Shown here piece after piece: positions 19,568 through 28,609 of a stretch of DNA of 64,000 bases. A program made the position numbers and the translations under genes. A model generated the notes under the pieces. That model saw only the letters and a program-made list of their open reading frames with translations, was not told where the DNA came from and did no database searches. Position 1 is the stretch's first letter. Every line of letters begins with the position of its first letter. The stretch is taken from NCBI GenBank assembly GCA_041389985.1, contig JAWKQS010000041.1, positions 2,074 to 66,073 of the forward strand, in the 5' to 3' direction. Origin of the DNA: a bacterium. Lineage in GTDB: Bacteria > Myxococcota_A > Bradymonadia > UBA7976 > UBA1532.

Positions 19568-19684
19568 TCGCCAGAGCCCTCCGCAGCACCCCCGCAGCAC
19601 CCCCGGCCGCGGCCCACCCGCGCCCAGCCCTTGCCCTGCCGCGCCGCTTGGGGTACTGCCGTGCCTTCGCTTCTGGAGGGCACG

Positions 19685-22600
19685 ATGGCCGCGTTTCGCC
19701 CTGTCTCGCCGCAGGTCCACTTCCCCGATCTGGAGGAGGACGTCCTCGCGCTCTGGCGCGCCCGCGACGTCTTCCGGCAGAGCGTCGAGGGGCGCTCTCA
19801 GGAGAGCCGCTACGTCTTCTACGACGGCCCCCCCTTCGCCACCGGCCTGCCCCACTACGGGCACCTGGTGGCGTCGACGCTGAAGGACATCGTGCCGCGG
19901 TACTGGGCCATGCGGGGCCACCGCGTCGAGCGCCGCTTCGGCTGGGACACCCACGGCCTCCCCATCGAGATGGAGATGGAGAAGCAGCTCGGCCTGTCGG
20001 GCCCGGGGGACATCCGCGCCTACGGCGTGGCCGAGTTCAACGAGGCCTGCCGCGGGGGGGTGCTGCGCTACACCGCCGAGTGGGAGAAGGTGGTCAGCCG
20101 CCTCGGGCGCTGGGTCGACTTCCAGAATGACTACAAGACCATGGACCCCTCCTTCATGGAGAGCGTCTGGTGGGTCTTCCGGCAGCTCTGGGACAAGGGC
20201 TTGATCTACGCGGACTTCCGCGTGATGCCCTTCTCGTGGCGCCTGTCGACGTCGCTGTCGAACTTCGAAGCGAACATGGACTACCGCGACGTCCAGGATC
20301 CGGCCATCACCGTGACGATGCCGCTGCTGGACGCCGAGGAGTCGCTGCTGGTCTGGACGACGACCCCCTGGACGCTGCCCTCGAACCTGGCCGTCGCCGT
20401 GGGGGAGGAGATCGAGTACGTCCGCGCCCGCAAGGCCGGCGAGGAGACCGTCTACATCATCGCCGCCGCCCGGGCCGAGGCCATCCTGGGCAAGGGCGTC
20501 GAGATCCTCGACCGCTTCCCCGGCAGCCAGCTCGTGGGTCGCCGCTACGCGCCGCTGTTCGACTACTTCGCCGAGCTGGCCGACCGGCCCGAGGGCGAGG
20601 GCCGGGCCTTCGTCGTCATCGCCGCGCCCCATGTGACCACCGCCGACGGCACCGGCCTGGTGCACATGGCCCCCGACTTCGGCGAGGAGGACTTCCAGGC
20701 CTGCCGCGCCGTGGGCATCGGCGTCCTGCAGTCCGTCGACGACGAGGGGCGTTTCGTCCGTGACATCAAGGACTTCGCCGGCCGCAACGTGAAGGAGGCG
20801 GACGCCGACATCATCCGCTGGCTGAAGGACGCCGGGCGCCTCGTCCGCCACGACACCATCCAGCACAGCTACCCGTTCTGCTGGCGCAGCGACACGCCCC
20901 TCATCTACAAGGCCGTCCCGGCGCGCTTCGTGCGCGTCGAGGCCCTGCGCGAGCGGATGCAGGCCCACAACCAGACCATCCACTGGGTGCCCGAGGCCGT
21001 GGGCCAGAAGCGCTTCGGCAACTGGCTGGCCGACGCCCGCGACTGGAACGTCTCCCGCAACCGCTTCTGGGGCACCCCCATCCCCATCTGGCGCTGCGAG
21101 GGCTGCGGCGCCGAGCGCTGCATCGGGTCCATCGCCGAGCTCGAGGCGGCCACCGGGGCCGAGGTCACCGACCTGCACCCCCACCGCATCGACCACCTGA
21201 CCATCGCCTGCGCGGACTGCGGCGGGCAGGCCCGCCGCATCCCCGATGTGTTCGACTGCTGGTTCGAGTCGGGCTCCATGCCCTACGCCCAGCGGCACCA
21301 CCCCTTCGAGGGGGCCGACACCTTCGCCGCCGACTTCCCGGCGCGCTTCATCGCCGAGGGCCTCGATCAGACCCGCGGCTGGTTCTACACGCTGCTCGTG
21401 CTCTCGACGGCGCTCTACGACAGCCCGCCGTTCCAGAACTGCATCGTCAACGGCATGGTCCTGGCCGAAGACGGCTCCAAGATGAGCAAGCGCAAGCAGA
21501 ACTACCCCGCGCCGGACCGCATCTTCCACGAGTACGGGGCCGACGCCCTGCGCGCCTACCTCATCAACTCTCCCATCGTGCGCGCGGAGCCGCTGCGCTT
21601 CAGCGAGCGGGGCGTGAAGGAGGTGGTGCGCACGGTGCTCATCCCCCTGCGCAACGCCTGGTCGTTCTTCGCCCAGTACGCCAACATCGACGGCTGGGAG
21701 CCGCGCGCCGGCCTGGCCGCCGCGCCGCCCGTCGCCGAGCGCCCCGAGCTGGACCGCTGGGTCCTCTCGGTGCTCCAGTCGCTGGTGGCCGAGGTGAACG
21801 CCCAGATGGAGGGGTACTACCTGTACAAGGTGGTGCCCCCGGTCCTGGGCTTCATCGACGATCTGACCAACTGGTACATCCGCCGCAGCCGCCGCCGCTT
21901 CTGGCGCTCGGCCGACGACGCGGCGGGCCGCCAGGACAAGGCGTCGGCCTACGCGACGCTCTACGAGGTGCTGGTGACGTTCTCCAAGGTGCTGGCCCCG
22001 GTGCTGCCCTTCATCAGCGACGCCCTCTACCAGAACCTGGTAGTGGAGCCCGGCGCCGAGGGGCCCACCAGCGTGCACCTGTGCGACTACCCGGAGGTGC
22101 AGCCGGCGCTCATCGACACGGCGCTCGAGGCCCAGGTGGCCCTGGCCCGCAGCGTGGTCTCCATGGGCCGCGCCCTGCGCGAGCAGCACCGGCTCAAGAC
22201 CCGCCAGCCCCTGCGCCGCGTGCAGGTGGTGCACCACGACGCCGCCGCGCGCGCCGCCCTCGAGACCCACGCCGACATCATCGCGGAGGAGCTCAACGTC
22301 AAGGCGGTGGAGGTCGTGGCCGACGACGCCGGCCTGGCCACCCTGGGCTTCAAGGCCGACTTCAAGCGCCTCGGCCGCCGGCTGGGCAAGCGCATGAAGG
22401 AGGCCGCCGACGCCATCGGCGCCCTCACCCGGGCCGAGTGGGACGCCCTCGCCGCGGGCGGCTCGCTGACCATCGCCGACGAGCCCATCACCGCCGAGGA
22501 CGTCATCGTCACCCGCACGCCGCGGGGGGATGTGGTCATCGAGACCCAGGGGGCGGTCACCGTCGCCCTCGACACCGAGCTGGACGCGGGCCTCGTCGCC

Positions 22601-22852
22601 GAGGGCCTCGTGCGCGAGGTGCAGAGCCGCCTCCAGCGCCTCCGCAAGGACTCGGGCCTGGACGTGACCGACCGCATCCAGGTCGAGCTGGCCACCGACG
22701 ACGCCGAGCTGCGCGCCGCCATCGCCGCCTGGGCCGACGCCATCGCCCAGGAGGTCCTGGCAGAATCCTTCGTGGTTTCAGAGGGTTCGAGCGGCGAGCA
22801 CGCCTACGACGTGGAGGGCCGCGCCCTCGCCGTCACGCTGCGGCGGGCCTGA
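19685..22852 (+). CDS. ileS: isoleucine--tRNA ligase (long, type-2-like form)
   Basis: PPFATGLPHYGH (HIGH region), KMSKRKQN (KMSKS), a CP1 editing region and about 1055 aa. Single intact frame. Confidence 0.93.
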   Translation: MAAFRPVSPQVHFPDLEEDVLALWRARDVFRQSVEGRSQESRYVFYDGPPFATGLPHYGHLVASTLKDIVPRYWAMRGHRVERRFGWDTHGLPIEMEMEKQLGLSGPGDIRAYGVAEFNEACRGGVLRYTAEWEKVVSRLGRWVDFQNDYKTMDPSFMESVWWVFRQLWDKGLIYADFRVMPFSWRLSTSLSNFEANMDYRDVQDPAITVTMPLLDAEESLLVWTTTPWTLPSNLAVAVGEEIEYVRARKAGEETVYIIAAARAEAILGKGVEILDRFPGSQLVGRRYAPLFDYFAELADRPEGEGRAFVVIAAPHVTTADGTGLVHMAPDFGEEDFQACRAVGIGVLQSVDDEGRFVRDIKDFAGRNVKEADADIIRWLKDAGRLVRHDTIQHSYPFCWRSDTPLIYKAVPARFVRVEALRERMQAHNQTIHWVPEAVGQKRFGNWLADARDWNVSRNRFWGTPIPIWRCEGCGAERCIGSIAELEAATGAEVTDLHPHRIDHLTIACADCGGQARRIPDVFDCWFESGSMPYAQRHHPFEGADTFAADFPARFIAEGLDQTRGWFYTLLVLSTALYDSPPFQNCIVNGMVLAEDGSKMSKRKQNYPAPDRIFHEYGADALRAYLINSPIVRAEPLRFSERGVKEVVRTVLIPLRNAWSFFAQYANIDGWEPRAGLAAAPPVAERPELDRWVLSVLQSLVAEVNAQMEGYYLYKVVPPVLGFIDDLTNWYIRRSRRRFWRSADDAAGRQDKASAYATLYEVLVTFSKVLAPVLPFISDALYQNLVVEPGAEGPTSVHLCDYPEVQPALIDTALEAQVALARSVVSMGRALREQHRLKTRQPLRRVQVVHHDAAARAALETHADIIAEELNVKAVEVVADDAGLATLGFKADFKRLGRRLGKRMKEAADAIGALTRAEWDALAAGGSLTIADEPITAEDVIVTRTPRGDVVIETQGAVTVALDTELDAGLVAEGLVREVQSRLQRLRKDSGLDVTDRIQVELATDDAELRAAIAAWADAIAQEVLAESFVVSEGSSGEHAYDVEGRALAVTLRRA

Positions 22853-24145
22853 GTGGGGCTGTACCTCACCCTCGCCCTGCGCAACCTGCGGCAGGGCGGC
22901 CGGCGCACCTTCCTGCTGGGGGGCGCCATCGCCTTCGTCACGCTCCTGCTCGTCACCCTCTCGGGCCTGGCCTCGGGCCTCGAGACGACGCTCATCCGCT
23001 CGGCCAGCACCCTGATGAGCGGCCACGTCAACGTGGGCGGCTTCTTCAAGCCCACCCGCAGCCAGGTCGCCCCCGTCCTCCAGGGCGTGGGGGCCCTGCG
23101 CGCCCAGGTGCACGCCACCCTGCCCGACGCCGAGATCGTCGACCGGATGCGCGGCTGGGCCCGGCTGATCAGCGGCCGCAGCTCGTTCTTCGTCGCCCTG
23201 GCCGGGGTCGACATCGCCGAAGAGACCCGCCTGGCCGACGTGCTCCAGGTGGTGGAGGGCGACCTCGACGGCCTGAAGCAGCCCGGCACCGTGGCGCTCT
23301 TCGTGCGCCAGGCGGCGCGCCTGGAGGTGGGCATCGGCGACGAGCTGACGCTGAGCGCCGCCACCCTGGGGGGCGCTGACAACACCGCCGACCTGCGCGT
23401 CGTGGCCATCATCCGCGACGTGGGCTCCCTCTCGGCCCTCTCGGTCTTCGTGCCCAAGCAGACCGTCCGCGACCTCTACCGCCTCGAGCCCGACACCACC
23501 GGCGCCATCCAGATCTACCTGGACGACCCCGAGGCCGCCGTCGCGGCCATGGCCCGCCTGCGCCCCGTCCTCGAGGAGGCCGGCCACCGCCTCATGAAGC
23601 ACAGCCCCAAGCCCTTCTTCATGAAGCTCCAGGAGGTCATCAGCGAGGACTGGGCCGGCCAGCAGCTCGACCTGACCACCTGGCGCGACGAGATCAGCTT
23701 CATGGCCTGGATCGTGACCGGCTTCGCCACCCTGCGCTGGCTGCTGCTCTCGGGCCTGCTCATCATCATCGTCATCGGCATCATGAACACCCTGTGGATG
23801 GCCATCCGCGAGCGCCGCGCCGAGATCGGCACCGTGCGCGCCATCGGCATGAGCCGCCGCCAGGTGCTCGGCCTCTTCCTGCTGGAGGCCACCCTGCTGG
23901 GCGCCCTCGCGGCGGCCGCCGGCGCCCTCCTCGGGGCCATCGCCATCCTGGTCGTGGACGCCGTGGGCATTCCCATCGGGCAGCAGGCGTTCCAGATGGT
24001 GCTGATGAGCGACCGCCTGCACCTGGAGCTGCGGGTCGTGGACCTGCTGGGGGGCGTCGCGCTCATCACCGTGATCACGGGCCTGTCGGCGCTGTACCCT
24101 GCGTGGCGTGCGGCCCGCCTGCGGCCCGTCACCGCCATGGGCTGA
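22853..24145 (+). CDS. FtsX/MacB/LolCE-type ABC transporter permease
   Basis: The GTG start abuts the ileS stop. N-terminus LALRNLRQGGRRTF, a large periplasmic loop, and three C-terminal TM helices with MAIRERRAEIGTVRAIGMSRRQV. Confidence 0.8.
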   Translation: MGLYLTLALRNLRQGGRRTFLLGGAIAFVTLLLVTLSGLASGLETTLIRSASTLMSGHVNVGGFFKPTRSQVAPVLQGVGALRAQVHATLPDAEIVDRMRGWARLISGRSSFFVALAGVDIAEETRLADVLQVVEGDLDGLKQPGTVALFVRQAARLEVGIGDELTLSAATLGGADNTADLRVVAIIRDVGSLSALSVFVPKQTVRDLYRLEPDTTGAIQIYLDDPEAAVAAMARLRPVLEEAGHRLMKHSPKPFFMKLQEVISEDWAGQQLDLTTWRDEISFMAWIVTGFATLRWLLLSGLLIIIVIGIMNTLWMAIRERRAEIGTVRAIGMSRRQVLGLFLLEATLLGALAAAAGALLGAIAILVVDAVGIPIGQQAFQMVLMSDRLHLELRVVDLLGGVALITVITGLSALYPAWRAARLRPVTAMG

Positions 24146-24155
24146 GGAGGCCTCG

Positions 24156-24932
24156 ATGATCCGCGCGCTGCCCCTGCTGCTCCTCGTCGCCAGCGTCGCC
24201 CCCGACGCCGCGGCCGCCCCCCTCGACGCCCCCGCCATGCAGGCCCTGCTGGCCCGCTTCGACGAGAAGATGAAGAGCGCCGGGGACTTCACCGCCCGCG
24301 CCTACATCGAGACCCGGGAGAAGGACAAGCCGGACGTGGCCTACGACGCGGTCTACTACCGCCACGACGCCGACGACCGCTTCCTCATCCTCTTCCTCGC
24401 CCCCAAGGCCGAGGCCGGCAAGGGCTACCTGCGCATCGACCAGAACCTGTGGATGTACGATCCCACCGTGGGCAAGTGGGAGCGGCGCACCGAGCGCGAG
24501 CGCATCGGCGGCACCGGCAGCCAGCGCGGCGACTTCGATCCCGACAGCTACGCCAACGACTTCACCCACACCTACGTGGGCGAGGAGAAGCTGGGCCGCT
24601 TCACCGTCCACCACCTCAAGCTCGTGGCCAAAGAGGGCGTCGACGTCGCGTCGCCCACCCTGCACGTCTGGTTCGACGCCGAGAGCGAGAACCTGCTGAA
24701 GGTGCAGGAGCACGCCCTGAGCGACCGCCTGATGCGCACCGTCTACTACCCGAAGTGGGAGAAGATCCCCGACCCCCGCTCGGGCCGCGACGTCTACTAT
24801 GCCAAGGAGATCCGCATCTTCGACGAGGTGGAGAAGGAGAACCGCTCCACCATCGCGGTGCGCTCCGTCGACCTGGCCGACCTGCCCGCCAACATGTTCA
24901 CCAAGGCCTGGCTGGAGTCCAAAAGCCGGTGA
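24156..24932 (+). CDS. LolA-like outer-membrane lipoprotein-sorting protein
   Basis: A GAGGAGG RBS lies 6 nt upstream of the ATG. Signal peptide present. The YLRIDQNLWMYDPTVGKWERR motif is typical of the LolA_like family. Confidence 0.7.
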   Translation: MIRALPLLLLVASVAPDAAAAPLDAPAMQALLARFDEKMKSAGDFTARAYIETREKDKPDVAYDAVYYRHDADDRFLILFLAPKAEAGKGYLRIDQNLWMYDPTVGKWERRTERERIGGTGSQRGDFDPDSYANDFTHTYVGEEKLGRFTVHHLKLVAKEGVDVASPTLHVWFDAESENLLKVQEHALSDRLMRTVYYPKWEKIPDPRSGRDVYYAKEIRIFDEVEKENRSTIAVRSVDLADLPANMFTKAWLESKSR

Positions 24933-25495
24933 ACCGCGCCGCCGTCGCCCTGGTGCTGGTGGCACCGCCCGCCCTCGCCGACGTCGCCGAGCTGAGCGTC
25001 CGCCCCCACGTCGAGGTGCGCACCGGCCGCCTGCTGCGCCCCGACCAGGCGGGCGGCGCCACCGCGGCGGGGGACGCCTTCCGCTACGGCGCCGGCCTCA
25101 CGCTGGGGCTCGGGGTGCACTTCGCCTGGACGCTGACCGCCGGCTACACGTACGACACCACCACCACCCTGCGCCGCCAGCCCCTCGATGTCTCGGTGAG
25201 TGAAGACCTGGACACCTGGAGCCACGACCGCCACGCCCTCCTCGCCGGCGTGACCTGGACGCCCAGCGACGCCCTCACCCCCGTCGTCGCGCTGGAGGCC
25301 GGCGCCGCCGCCCAGGCCCTGCGCGGCGCCCACGCCCCCGCCGCCGAGTGGGGCCCCATCGCCCGGGGGTCGGCCGGCTTCGAGTGGAAGTTCAAGGACT
25401 TCTGGGGCCTGGCCCTCACCGGCTTCGCCGAGCAGGAGGCTGGCTTCGGCTACGGCGGCCGCCTGGCACTCTTCGGCTCGGGCTACCTGGACTGA
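24929..25495 (+). CDS. small outer-membrane beta-barrel protein (hypothetical)
   Basis: The GTG overlaps the upstream stop (GTGA). Signal peptide VALVLVAPPALA, alternating beta-strand pattern, aromatic C-terminus. Confidence 0.5.
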   Translation: MNRAAVALVLVAPPALADVAELSVRPHVEVRTGRLLRPDQAGGATAAGDAFRYGAGLTLGLGVHFAWTLTAGYTYDTTTTLRRQPLDVSVSEDLDTWSHDRHALLAGVTWTPSDALTPVVALEAGAAAQALRGAHAPAAEWGPIARGSAGFEWKFKDFWGLALTGFAEQEAGFGYGGRLALFGSGYLD

Positions 25496-25609
25496 GCGCT
25501 CCGTCGGCGCGGCGACGCGCGTTTGCTCTGTTGCACGGCTTCGACTTGACAACAACCCGGCGTCGCGGCAACGCTGGCGGCACCTCGGTGATGGGCGCCG
25601 GGGCGTGAT

Positions 25610-26278
25610 GTGGAGAGCGGGCACATGGAGCATTTCCCCCCCCCCCCCCGGTGCATTGGAGCCAGGTGGGGACGCTGGCAACGAGGACTGATACTCATCG
25701 CGTTGGCGACAGGCGCGCCTGCTTGTACGTCGATGGACGCCGATGACGAGGTGGCGCACGTCCAGGCCCTCGCGGTGCAGGCCGACGGACTCCCCGACCC
25801 GAGCGACCAGCCGGTTGACGCTGGGGTGTTCATGCAGGTTGCGCCCGAGCGGGCCAGCCGTGGAGAGGTGCCGCCCCGGCCCCTCACGCCCGAGAGCCTG
25901 AGGTCGTACCTGTCACGGGGTGCATCGCTCGCCGTCGTTCGAGTCGCTGGCGTCGAGAAGCGGATGGAGATCCGTGTGATCGATGGACTCTCCTACCACT
26001 TCCCCCGAGGCCTGGCGCGGTTGGACATCGAGCGGGTCGTCGCAGGGCGTCGACTCCCTCGGCAGCTGGACGTCGAGTTCGCGGACGTCCAGTACGGGGT
26101 CGACCTGGTGGCTGGCGAGCGCTACCTGCTCCCGATCGGCGCCACCCGCTGGGGGCGTCCCGAGATCCCCCGCCGGCACGGCGACCTCCCCACTGCCGCG
26201 CTGAGACTCGAGGCGGACCAGATTCCCTCTGCGGCCGTGACGGTCGATGCCCTGCTGGCGACGCTGGGGGGGCAGTAG
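25610..26278 (+). CDS. hypothetical lipoprotein with a poly-C tract in the signal-peptide n-region
   Basis: Start is GTG 25610 or ATG 25625. MEHFPPPPRCIGARWGRWQRGLILIALATGAPAC ends in a lipobox-like Cys. Somewhat lower GC than the flanks. Confidence 0.55.
   Translation: MESGHMEHFPPPPRCIGARWGRWQRGLILIALATGAPACTSMDADDEVAHVQALAVQADGLPDPSDQPVDAGVFMQVAPERASRGEVPPRPLTPESLRSYLSRGASLAVVRVAGVEKRMEIRVIDGLSYHFPRGLARLDIERVVAGRRLPRQLDVEFADVQYGVDLVAGERYLLPIGATRWGRPEIPRRHGDLPTAALRLEADQIPSAAVTVDALLATLGGQ
25636..25649 (+). repeat. homopolymeric C14 tract
   Basis: Counted directly (5 C at 25636-25640 plus 9 C at 25641-25649). It encodes F-PPPP-R four codons after the ATG at 25625. Confidence 0.95.
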
Positions 26279-26279
26279 C

Positions 26280-27899
26280 ATGCGTGGCACGATGCTCGTG
26301 GTACTCCTCGGCCTGCTCGGAGCTGGCCAGGCCGGGGCCTACGAAGGCTGCTACCAGCCCAATGGCTGGTGCTACAACCTGTGGTGTGGCAATGGGAGCC
26401 CCTGGAACGGCTTCGTAGGTGGCGGATCCATCGACTTCTACATCGATGACAGCTTCTACGGCCAGGCGCAGGTGGTGGGCCTGCCCGCCGCGACCGCCGA
26501 GAAGATCGTCCTGGAGTCGCTGGCGTCCTTCCGGGCCGCGACGGGATCGGTCGTCAACTTCCGCTACCGCGGCCACTCCGTCGACCTGGCCTGTGGGAAC
26601 TCCTTCGCGCAGGCCACCCTGATCGTGATGGCCACGCCCCCGAATGACGACTTTGCCGGCTGGTCGAGCTGCAACGGGGGGGACGACGGCTGCACCTACG
26701 CGGGTGGGAGCTTCGGCAGCCTGGCGTGCAGCCAGATTCACTTCGTCGGGGGAGCCCAGGCGGGTCACGTTCTCGGCGCCGACTCTCTTCGGAAGCTCGT
26801 CATGCACGAGGCGATGCACACGCTGAAGTTCGCCCACTTGAGTGAGTGCGATATCGACGATGCATCGGTCGTCGAGGGCGAACTTACCTCCTTCCGATGG
26901 CTCACCAACGCGGACATCCGGTACCTCTGGTACGACTACGGCCGGGCCTCCGCGGACATCTGGCGGCGCCAGGCAGCGCCGCCGGGCAGCTACAGCTTCA
27001 GCGCGCCGTCGCAGATCTACCCGGCGGGCGAGACGCTCTCACCCGTGCGGGCGAGCACCGCGGGTGGCCGTTGGCACGCGGTGGCCTTCCTGGAGTGGAT
27101 CGGCAGCCAGGCGGTGACGTTCGCCCGGACCGTGATCTATGAGAACAACGCCTGGACGGCGGCCGAGACGGCGACGCCGACGCGTGTCTTCCACACCCCC
27201 GCGCTGGCTCACGACTACCACGGCTTGCCAGGCACCAGCCGCTGGCTCGTCGCCTCTGCCCGGGGCGACGCCTGGACGATCCCCGAGACGGACCACACGG
27301 CCGACGAGCGCGACGTCGGCGGTCCCACCTGGACGGCCCAGCCGGTCCTGGCCGCCGACCTCGAGAGTCCGCATGTCGGGGCCGACCACGATCCGATCTC
27401 CGACCGGTGGGTCGTCGCCTTCGTGGATGATGGCAACCGGCTGCGGCTGAGGACGTCTTCGCCCGGCAGCGGCGCCTGGTCGGCGATCTCTCTGGCGCCG
27501 CCGCTGCCCGGGGTCGACCCTGAACTCAAGTGCTTTGGCGCCCCCGATGTCGCCTGCAGCCCGGTGGCAAGTACGGGCCTGCTGGCCAACTGCCTGGCTG
27601 TCTGTCTCTCGCAGCCGCGCTCGGGCCAGGTGGGCACCGTCTGGGCGGTTCCGTTCTCGATCGCCGGGGGGACGGGAGTCGTGACGTGGGGCAACCCCTT
27701 CGACACCAGCATCGGCGCGCACTTCGGGCCACGCATTGCGGCCAATCCCGCCCCAGCCGGCGCGCTGCAGTTCGTGCTGCTGTCGTCGGGCCTGGATCCG
27801 ACGAGCGCCAGCGGCTACTTCGCTCAGTTCGACGATATCTACATCTCGGAGAGCGAGTTTGTGTACATCGGCCCGGCCCCCTGCCGGCCGACCCAATGA
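26280..27899 (+). CDS. secreted metzincin (matrixin/M10-like) protease with a large C-terminal domain of unknown fold
   Basis: Signal peptide MRGTMLVVLLGLLGAGQAGA, a Cys/Trp-rich N-terminus, HEAMHTLKFAH (HExxHxxxxxH) and a downstream ADIRYLWYDYG resembling the matrixin DDxxGIQxLYG block. Confidence 0.6.
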   Translation: MRGTMLVVLLGLLGAGQAGAYEGCYQPNGWCYNLWCGNGSPWNGFVGGGSIDFYIDDSFYGQAQVVGLPAATAEKIVLESLASFRAATGSVVNFRYRGHSVDLACGNSFAQATLIVMATPPNDDFAGWSSCNGGDDGCTYAGGSFGSLACSQIHFVGGAQAGHVLGADSLRKLVMHEAMHTLKFAHLSECDIDDASVVEGELTSFRWLTNADIRYLWYDYGRASADIWRRQAAPPGSYSFSAPSQIYPAGETLSPVRASTAGGRWHAVAFLEWIGSQAVTFARTVIYENNAWTAAETATPTRVFHTPALAHDYHGLPGTSRWLVASARGDAWTIPETDHTADERDVGGPTWTAQPVLAADLESPHVGADHDPISDRWVVAFVDDGNRLRLRTSSPGSGAWSAISLAPPLPGVDPELKCFGAPDVACSPVASTGLLANCLAVCLSQPRSGQVGTVWAVPFSIAGGTGVVTWGNPFDTSIGAHFGPRIAANPAPAGALQFVLLSSGLDPTSASGYFAQFDDIYISESEFVYIGPAPCRPTQ

Positions 27900-27904
27900 C
27901 CTTG

Positions 27905-27976
27905 ATGCCGCCGGATGTGGGCTACCATGTCTACAATGGCATCCCCTACCTGGACTACACCTATGCGACACCTTGA
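27905..27976 (+). CDS. candidate 23-codon micro-ORF MPPDVGYHVYNGIPYLDYTYATP (copy 1)
   Basis: The ATG is 6 nt after the protease stop (an alternative ATG at 27896 overlaps it). Its TGA overlaps the first 14 nt of the lipoprotein ORF. It is duplicated with one change, synonymous in this frame. Confidence 0.3.
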   Translation: MPPDVGYHVYNGIPYLDYTYATP

Positions 27977-28538
27977 TGGGTACTTCCTGCTGGTGGCCGC
28001 CTGCCTCCTGGGCTGCGGTGGGGAAGAGGCGGACTCGGGCAGCTGCTCGCCCGACGTCGAGTGCCCGCGCGGCGACACCGGCTGTGCGATTCTTACCCGC
28101 CAGAAGCGGCGAGAGCCCTTGTTCACCTACACATGCGATCCCGGGACCTACGAGGTCGCTCAGGTGGGGCCGTTGACGCAGACGTTCAGCTGCCAGGCCA
28201 CGTTCCGGCGCTTCGAGGGCTGCGAACCCTCGGAGGTGTGGCCAGCGCCGCTGACCTGGCGGACGACCTATGTCGACGACGTCGGGTGCCGGGTCACGGT
28301 CGAGGTGCAGGTCGACGGCGAGGTGTTGCCGCTGGTCGGCTATGCATGCAGTCAAGAGCCCGGCAGGTTGCAGCTCTCCGAGGCGAACCCTGAAGAGGTC
28401 AGCCCTCCCCCCCCGCTGAAGGGTGCGCGGTTCTTCTACGACATCCCAGCGCCCGCCGGCGTGACGCCGCGGGTGCATGTCCCGCCGGACGCCGGGGTTC
28501 CCGCGCCGGCTCAGCCTCGACCCGACCCATTTCCCTGA
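27963..28538 (+). CDS. Cys-rich lipoprotein, tandem paralog 1
   Basis: MRHLDGYFLLVAACLLGCGG lipobox, 10 cysteines, Pro-rich tail. The track ORF starts spuriously at 27915. Confidence 0.65.
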   Translation: MRHLDGYFLLVAACLLGCGGEEADSGSCSPDVECPRGDTGCAILTRQKRREPLFTYTCDPGTYEVAQVGPLTQTFSCQATFRRFEGCEPSEVWPAPLTWRTTYVDDVGCRVTVEVQVDGEVLPLVGYACSQEPGRLQLSEANPEEVSPPPPLKGARFFYDIPAPAGVTPRVHVPPDAGVPAPAQPRPDPFP

Positions 28539-28609
28539 TGCCGCCGGATGTGGGCTACCATGTCTACAACGGCATCCCCTACCTGGACTACACCTATGCG
28601 ACACCTTGA
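28538..28609 (+). CDS. candidate 23-codon micro-ORF MPPDVGYHVYNGIPYLDYTYATP (copy 2)
   Basis: The ATG overlaps the paralog-1 stop (cccTGATGccg). Its TGA at 28607-28609 overlaps the paralog-2 start (ATG 28596). Confidence 0.3.
   Translation: MPPDVGYHVYNGIPYLDYTYATP

Noticed and set aside
18551-22270. 1239-aa minus-strand ORF
   Set aside because: Antisense to ileS and to the MBOAT partner gene. It has no motifs and a composition biased to G/A/R/V/D/H. ileS on the plus strand has HIGH/KMSKS signatures.
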